From Phaeosaccion multiseriatum (taxonomy: Eukaryota > Protista > Ochrophyta, other classes): a stretch of DNA of 64,000 nucleotides. The notes beneath the pieces are model-generated. The model saw nothing but the letters and a program-made list of their open reading frames with translations, was not told the origin of the DNA and made no database searches. Positions 61,774 through 64,000 of the stretch are shown piece after piece (the first letter of the stretch is position 1; every line of letters begins with the position of its first letter). The translations under genes and the position numbers were made by a program. Where the stretch lies: assembly GCA_965112735.1 (NCBI GenBank), contig OZ218952.1:4464001-4528000 (forward strand), given 5' to 3'.

Positions 61774-62973
61774 TCATTGCGGTGGCGATAGGAGCCCTTC
61801 TTCCGCAGACAAAGCTGGTGCCCGTGCTGTTGGGATAGGTGCGACTGGTGCGGCCGAGAAGGGGGAGAGGGAGGTGGAGGGGGAGGAGGAGCGTAGAGAC
61901 AAAGGCGCCGAGGCTTCCGCGAAGGCCGGGGATGGGGAGGGGGGGGCGGAGGCGGAGGCGGGTGACGAGGATGGAGGAAGAGGAGGCAAAGGCAGGGCCT
62001 CGAAGCCGTTCGGAGTGGCCTCTAACTCCGCCACAACGTGCTTGAACCGCGGGGGGGCCGGAAACATCTTGTCCACGGTTAGACGTAGCGTGTCTCCGAT
62101 CAGCGCCGTGAGCAGCTCTTCCAGTAAAGGGCAGGAGAACTCGAGGCACGGGTTGGAGTTAACCTCCAGTAACGTCACGTTGAGATTCGCATCGACCATA
62201 AAGTCGTATCCGAAGAGCTCGAATCCGCACTTGCTGCCATCTGTGACTCTGCTGTGGCCCATATTCCTGCTGCTGGTGCTGCCCATGTGACTGGTGCTGC
62301 TGATGGAGTGTTCCACCGCAGCGATAGACTGGGCCACAAGGCTCTGCATACGCGGCTGCAGCACCTCCCACACCCACCCACGCTGTTGCCCGTATGCCTG
62401 CTCCTGCCCCTGACCCACGCAATGCTGCTGTTCCCCATATGACTGCTGCTGCGGCTCATGCAAATCGTCGAGATATCGCTGCAGTTCCTCCATGCTCATC
62501 TGTCAGTGACCCCGGGGGGGAGGAGGGAGGGGAGGGAGGGAGGGTGGAAGCGTCAGGAGGGAAGGGAGTGAGAGGGGGGGGACAGGGGGGCGAGGGGAGG
62601 GAGAGGAGGGAGGGGAGGGAGAAGAGGGAGAAGAGGGAGGGGAGGGAGAGGAAGAAGGGAGAGAGGGTGTATTCCAACGGGCTGTGTGCTGCCTTCCCTT
62701 CCCTTCCCTTCCATTCCATTCCCTTCCCTACCTTATTTCCCGCCTCGAATTTGCCGTAACTGTCGCTCTTCTGCTGCACGGCATCGTTGGTGAGATGTAT
62801 GCACCGATCTGTGAGCTTGCTCGGGTCTGTGGAGTACTTCTTCCCACTGAGGCGAACGTACTGGCGCTTGTACATGTACACACTTGGCCGACCACCGCCT
62901 CCCGCCTTTCGACTCGGTACTGCTAGCACAAAGCACCTGAGGGAGTGTCCATCATCGGTCGATTGGTTTCACA

Positions 62974-63038
<65 letters not shown>

Positions 63039-63868
63039 CCAGAGGAACAGAGGAGGGGGAGGGGGGGGGGGGGGGAGGGCGCATCTGATGAGGCGTCTTG
63101 ACTGTCTACTTGCCATACCGAGGGTCCCTTCCTTTCACCCTCCCCCCTCACACACCCCAGTCTCGATCCACCCCCACCCGCCCCTCTCTCCGTCTTACCG
63201 AATGTCAAACTTCCTCCCCTTGATGAGCAAAGGCCTTTCTAGGTACTTTTGTACAATCCAGCCGGGATGTGCGCTCTTCCTCCTCTTCTTCTTGTTCTTC
63301 TTCTTCCCCTTCCTCCTGTGGGCCTCCCTCTCCTCCCTCTCTCCTCCCCTGCCCCTGCTAGTACCTCTACTGCTTTCCCTTCTAACTACTTGTGCCTCTT
63401 GTACTGCGCCTCCGCCAAACACCCCATCGACCTTTCTCAGCAAGGCGTCTATGCCCGCGCACACCTCTATACCGTTGCCCCTGTTGGACATAGAGGCCGG
63501 CTTCAGAATCCAAAGAGGAGGGCACACGCCATCTACAACCCTGCTGCTGCTGCTGCTGCTGCTGCTGCTTCTGCCGCCGCTGCTGCTGCTACTGCTGATG
63601 TTGAGGCTATTCCTCGCCTTGAGTACGGCGTTGTTGTAGTTCAAGAGCGCCTCTCTGTCGTCGCCTCTGCCGTGTCCTTCGCCCCGGCAGAGGTTCGTCT
63701 CAGCTCCTATTGCAGGTCGAGCTTTTCCCTCCTCCTCTCCTTCACCTCCTGATCGCCGGCCCGAGAGTGAAGGTGAGATAGACGGTAAGCGTGCTTCCTC
63801 TTCTCCTACTGTTACTGCTGCTGCTGTTACGGCTTTCTCTGTTGCATTCCCAACTGCCGCCGCTGTCG

Positions 63869-63914
<46 letters not shown>

Positions 63915-64000
63915 GGCTGCTGCCGTCCTGAGGTAGAAGGTCGGAGGCACAATGGAGAACAAATCGTCTCCACTGCGGGCGCAGTACGCTCGGAGAGACT
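61774..64000 (-). CDS. Tubulin-tyrosine ligase-like protein (TTLL, possibly glycylase type), 3' part
   Basis: LWILKPASMSNRGNGI; WIVQKYLERPLLIKGRKFDIR; IHLTNDAVQ; FELFGYDFMVD; LLEVNSNPCL. Gene continues beyond the window. Confidence 0.9.

Overview
Gene-dense, intron-rich eukaryotic nuclear DNA with GT-AG introns full of microsatellites. Signal peptide + Phe (ASAF-like) presequences on KAS II, serine acetyltransferase and probably DHDPS, plus cilium-associated genes (KATNIP-like, TTLL), suggest a flagellated alga with a complex plastid, most likely a stramenopile (inference). About 16 protein genes are visible: KATNIP-like (3' part), an inverted pair of large HSP20-domain genes, mitochondrial intermediate peptidase, serine O-acetyltransferase, an intronless possible glycosyltransferase, KAS II/FabF, an F-box protein, a TOM1/THH1-like membrane protein, a BEACH-WD40 protein, a small membrane protein, a TLC-domain protein, a small putative mitochondrial protein, DHDPS, a divergent mitochondrial carrier and a TTLL (3' part). 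The most unusual signals: (1) two families of dispersed ~16-bp motifs (CAGTTGGTGATACAGC and CCATCCACTGCCATCC) on both strands, in exons, introns and non-coding flanks; (2) a TSD-flanked, 5'-truncated CRE-like retrotransposon whose 5' end is a 202-bp fold-back palindrome with a self-templated loop; (3) a pre-miRNA-like long hairpin; (4) a ~1-kb telomere-like, G4-prone intronic minisatellite. All coordinates, alignments and exon models were read by eye; no database search was run.
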